64,000 nt of DNA from Paraspadella gotoi. Its lineage: Eukaryota > Animalia > Chaetognatha. The translations under genes and the position numbers were made by a program. The stretch's first letter is position 1. Each line of letters starts with the position of its first letter. This document shows, in pieces, positions 61,992 through 64,000 of the stretch. The notes under the pieces are model-generated. The model was not told the origin of the DNA. It did no database searches and saw only the letters and a program-made list of their open reading frames with translations. Where the stretch lies: NCBI GenBank assembly GCA_051294375.1, contig CM119271.1, forward strand, positions 11,997,620-12,061,619, written 5' to 3'.

Positions 61992-64000
61992 TCAACAACT
62001 GGCGACGATGGTGTCGTACATGTAGCCGAAGCCGATGCTGTTGAGGTGGACGAGGCGCTGCTCGACGGCGCGTTGCAGCTTCCGGATTCGATCCTTGTCT
62101 TCGCCGAATCGTTCGTCCACAACGGATTGACTCAAAGAGTGAAACAAAATCTGCGCCGATTGATATTTGGAGAAACTCGAGTCCTGATTCCCGAATATCT
62201 CGTCCAGCGCCGCCGTCTGCAAAGGGAAGATTAGATTTGAGGAAAAATTTTAAAAAAAGATGGATTCAGCGACGGCATTGCACGGCCCGAGACAGGACCC
62301 GAGATGCCGCGTAAGCCCCTTTGGCCGGGTTGGATAGCCGAGTCGTAGCGGCTACACATATATATTATATATATTATATATTATATAAGCCTGATTGAAA
62401 AGGCGTCCAGTTGACCTGGCAGAGTTCGACGGCGTGATTGTAGAGGATCTTGTCGGCCGTGCAGGCGGAGGATCTCCGATTAACGCCGGGGGAGTTGAGG
62501 AGATCGAAGGAGCTCAACGTCTTGCACATCGTCAATCCTTTTTTGTAGCGAGAATTGAGTTGACGAATCGTCGCGCGAACGGACTTCGTCGTCGACTTGA
62601 AGGGGGGCGGNNNNNNNNNNGTAAGGTTTTTTTCATTTAAAAATATTAAGAAGTTTGGATTATTACTATTGAATTTACCTGCAACCTCCCCTGGGCGATC
62701 TCATCTTTGGCCAGTTGCAACGCCGCCCCCGCCAGTTGCAACGCGCGATTGTAGAGGACCAACTGCTCAGCTTTTCGAAGTCCCTCTGGCGAGAGAAGGA
62801 ACAAAGAACAAGGACGATTACACCAGCGTTTTGCCAAATACATATTTATAACAGAGGAATATATCTGTATGAGAATGGTTACCCTGATTATACATGACAT
62901 CGGTTAATATAGGTTCAGTGGAAATCAATAAACATGATCATTTACTAATGTAAAATATTAATATTAAACTTTTAAGGCAATAGAACAAAAATTTATCAAA
63001 GCTTAATCAGAATACGACAATATGCAAATGAGATAGAGGAACTCAATATCATTTCAGCTAATTCACAAATTAATCTGCGACATATTCTCAAGAGAATTTA
63101 GCGAAACCGTATTCAATTTTTTTCTCGCGAACTTAGCCCATCTTTTTTCCCCTTATTACTAAATTTTTTTGTTTTTCTTTATTTTTTATTCTCCTCTTTT
63201 TTACTTTTTTCTAATTAACAGTTTTTTTTCTTCTTACAACATTTCCTCTCTTTAAAATTGTTATATTTATTTCTCTATTCTCTCTCTCCTTTCTCGCATC
63301 TTTTACAATCCTTATCTCGACGTGATATTTAATAACTAAAAAGACTAAATCCCCCCCCCAAAAAAAAGTAGCGAATTACGTAGATACTACAGAGACGCCA
63401 TCTCACCGCCCCCACCTCCCAAAAAAAAGTCCAATTCCTCTCACCGGAAAGAGTGGAGAGTTGATGCGACGGCGCCCCCGTTCTTCCCGTTTGATTCCTT
63501 CGGTCGTTGTTGTTGTTATTGTTGTTGTTGTTCGAGGCGTCGTTGTCGTCGTCTTCCTCGTCGTCCTCGTCGTCCTCGTCCCGATAGTTATCGTTGCAAA
63601 GCGTGAGATAGGAGAGAGGCGCGGCTCGCGTCTTGGCCACGTCGACCACGCAATCGATGAGCGAGAGGATGTAGGTCAGCTTGCTCATGGTCTCGTTGTG
63701 TTCGGCGGGCAAGAGGGTCTCCTCGGGCAGATCCGGCGCCTCGAAGATCAAAGGGTCTTCGAAGTTGGAGGGAGAAGCGGCGAAGACGCAAGGGGCGCCG
63801 CCGCCCGGGCTGGAAGGAGACTGCGCCATGGGAGAACCTTCGGGCAGAGAAGGAGTGCGACGGAGAGAAGAAGGAAAATCGGGGACGAAGATGGGATTGG
63901 CGGCGAAGGGGGCGTGGTCGATGCGGCGCGGCGGAGATGTCGCCACCGTCGACGAGGGCGTCGGGTTGATAGCGTCGTCGATCTCAGTTGAGATCGAATC
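61992..64000 (-). CDS. ULK2: Serine/threonine kinase ULK1/2 (Atg1/unc-51), C-terminal MIT/EAT region; 5' part lies outside the window
   Basis: FEAPDLPEETLL.AEHNETMSKL, RKAEQLVLYNRALQL, ADKILYNHAVELCQ/TAALDEIFG..YQSAQILFHSL..AVEQRL match the ULK/Atg1 C-terminus. An N-gap at 62611-62620 interrupts an intron/exon boundary region. Confidence 0.9.
62611..62620. other. Assembly gap (10 N)
   Basis: Run of n in the sequence. Confidence 1.

Overview
Eukaryotic (invertebrate metazoan-like) genomic DNA with GC-rich exons and AT-rich, repeat-laden introns. I reconstructed gene models by hand from splice sites, reading-frame phase and remembered protein families; no searches were run. The window starts with the 3' end of HAAO (+). 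Ten consecutive minus-strand genes follow: a split-PH-domain gene, a GST-like/ProXp-ala fusion gene, ANKRD40, ZSWIM8, CDR2-like, eIF2A, Sec61beta, a Gab-type PH + PDZ adaptor, NAA40 and the 3' part of ULK1/2 (Atg1). Mobile DNA includes a 2.5-kb non-autonomous DIRS-type retroelement with inverted termini and an internal complementary region (ICR), an inverted pair of Penelope-type minimal hammerhead ribozymes, Tc1/mariner-type MITEs (one nested), tRNA-derived SINEs, Helentron-like ends and many minisatellites. The best leads are: (1) an eEF1Bgamma-type GST domain spliced in frame to an Ala-tRNA(Pro) trans-editing domain; (2) a mini-DIRS whose ICR sits in a predicted spliceosomal intron; (3) an operon-like co-directional gene run with about 100-130 nt between a polyA signal and an AG acceptor at three junctions; (4) the inverted hammerhead pair.
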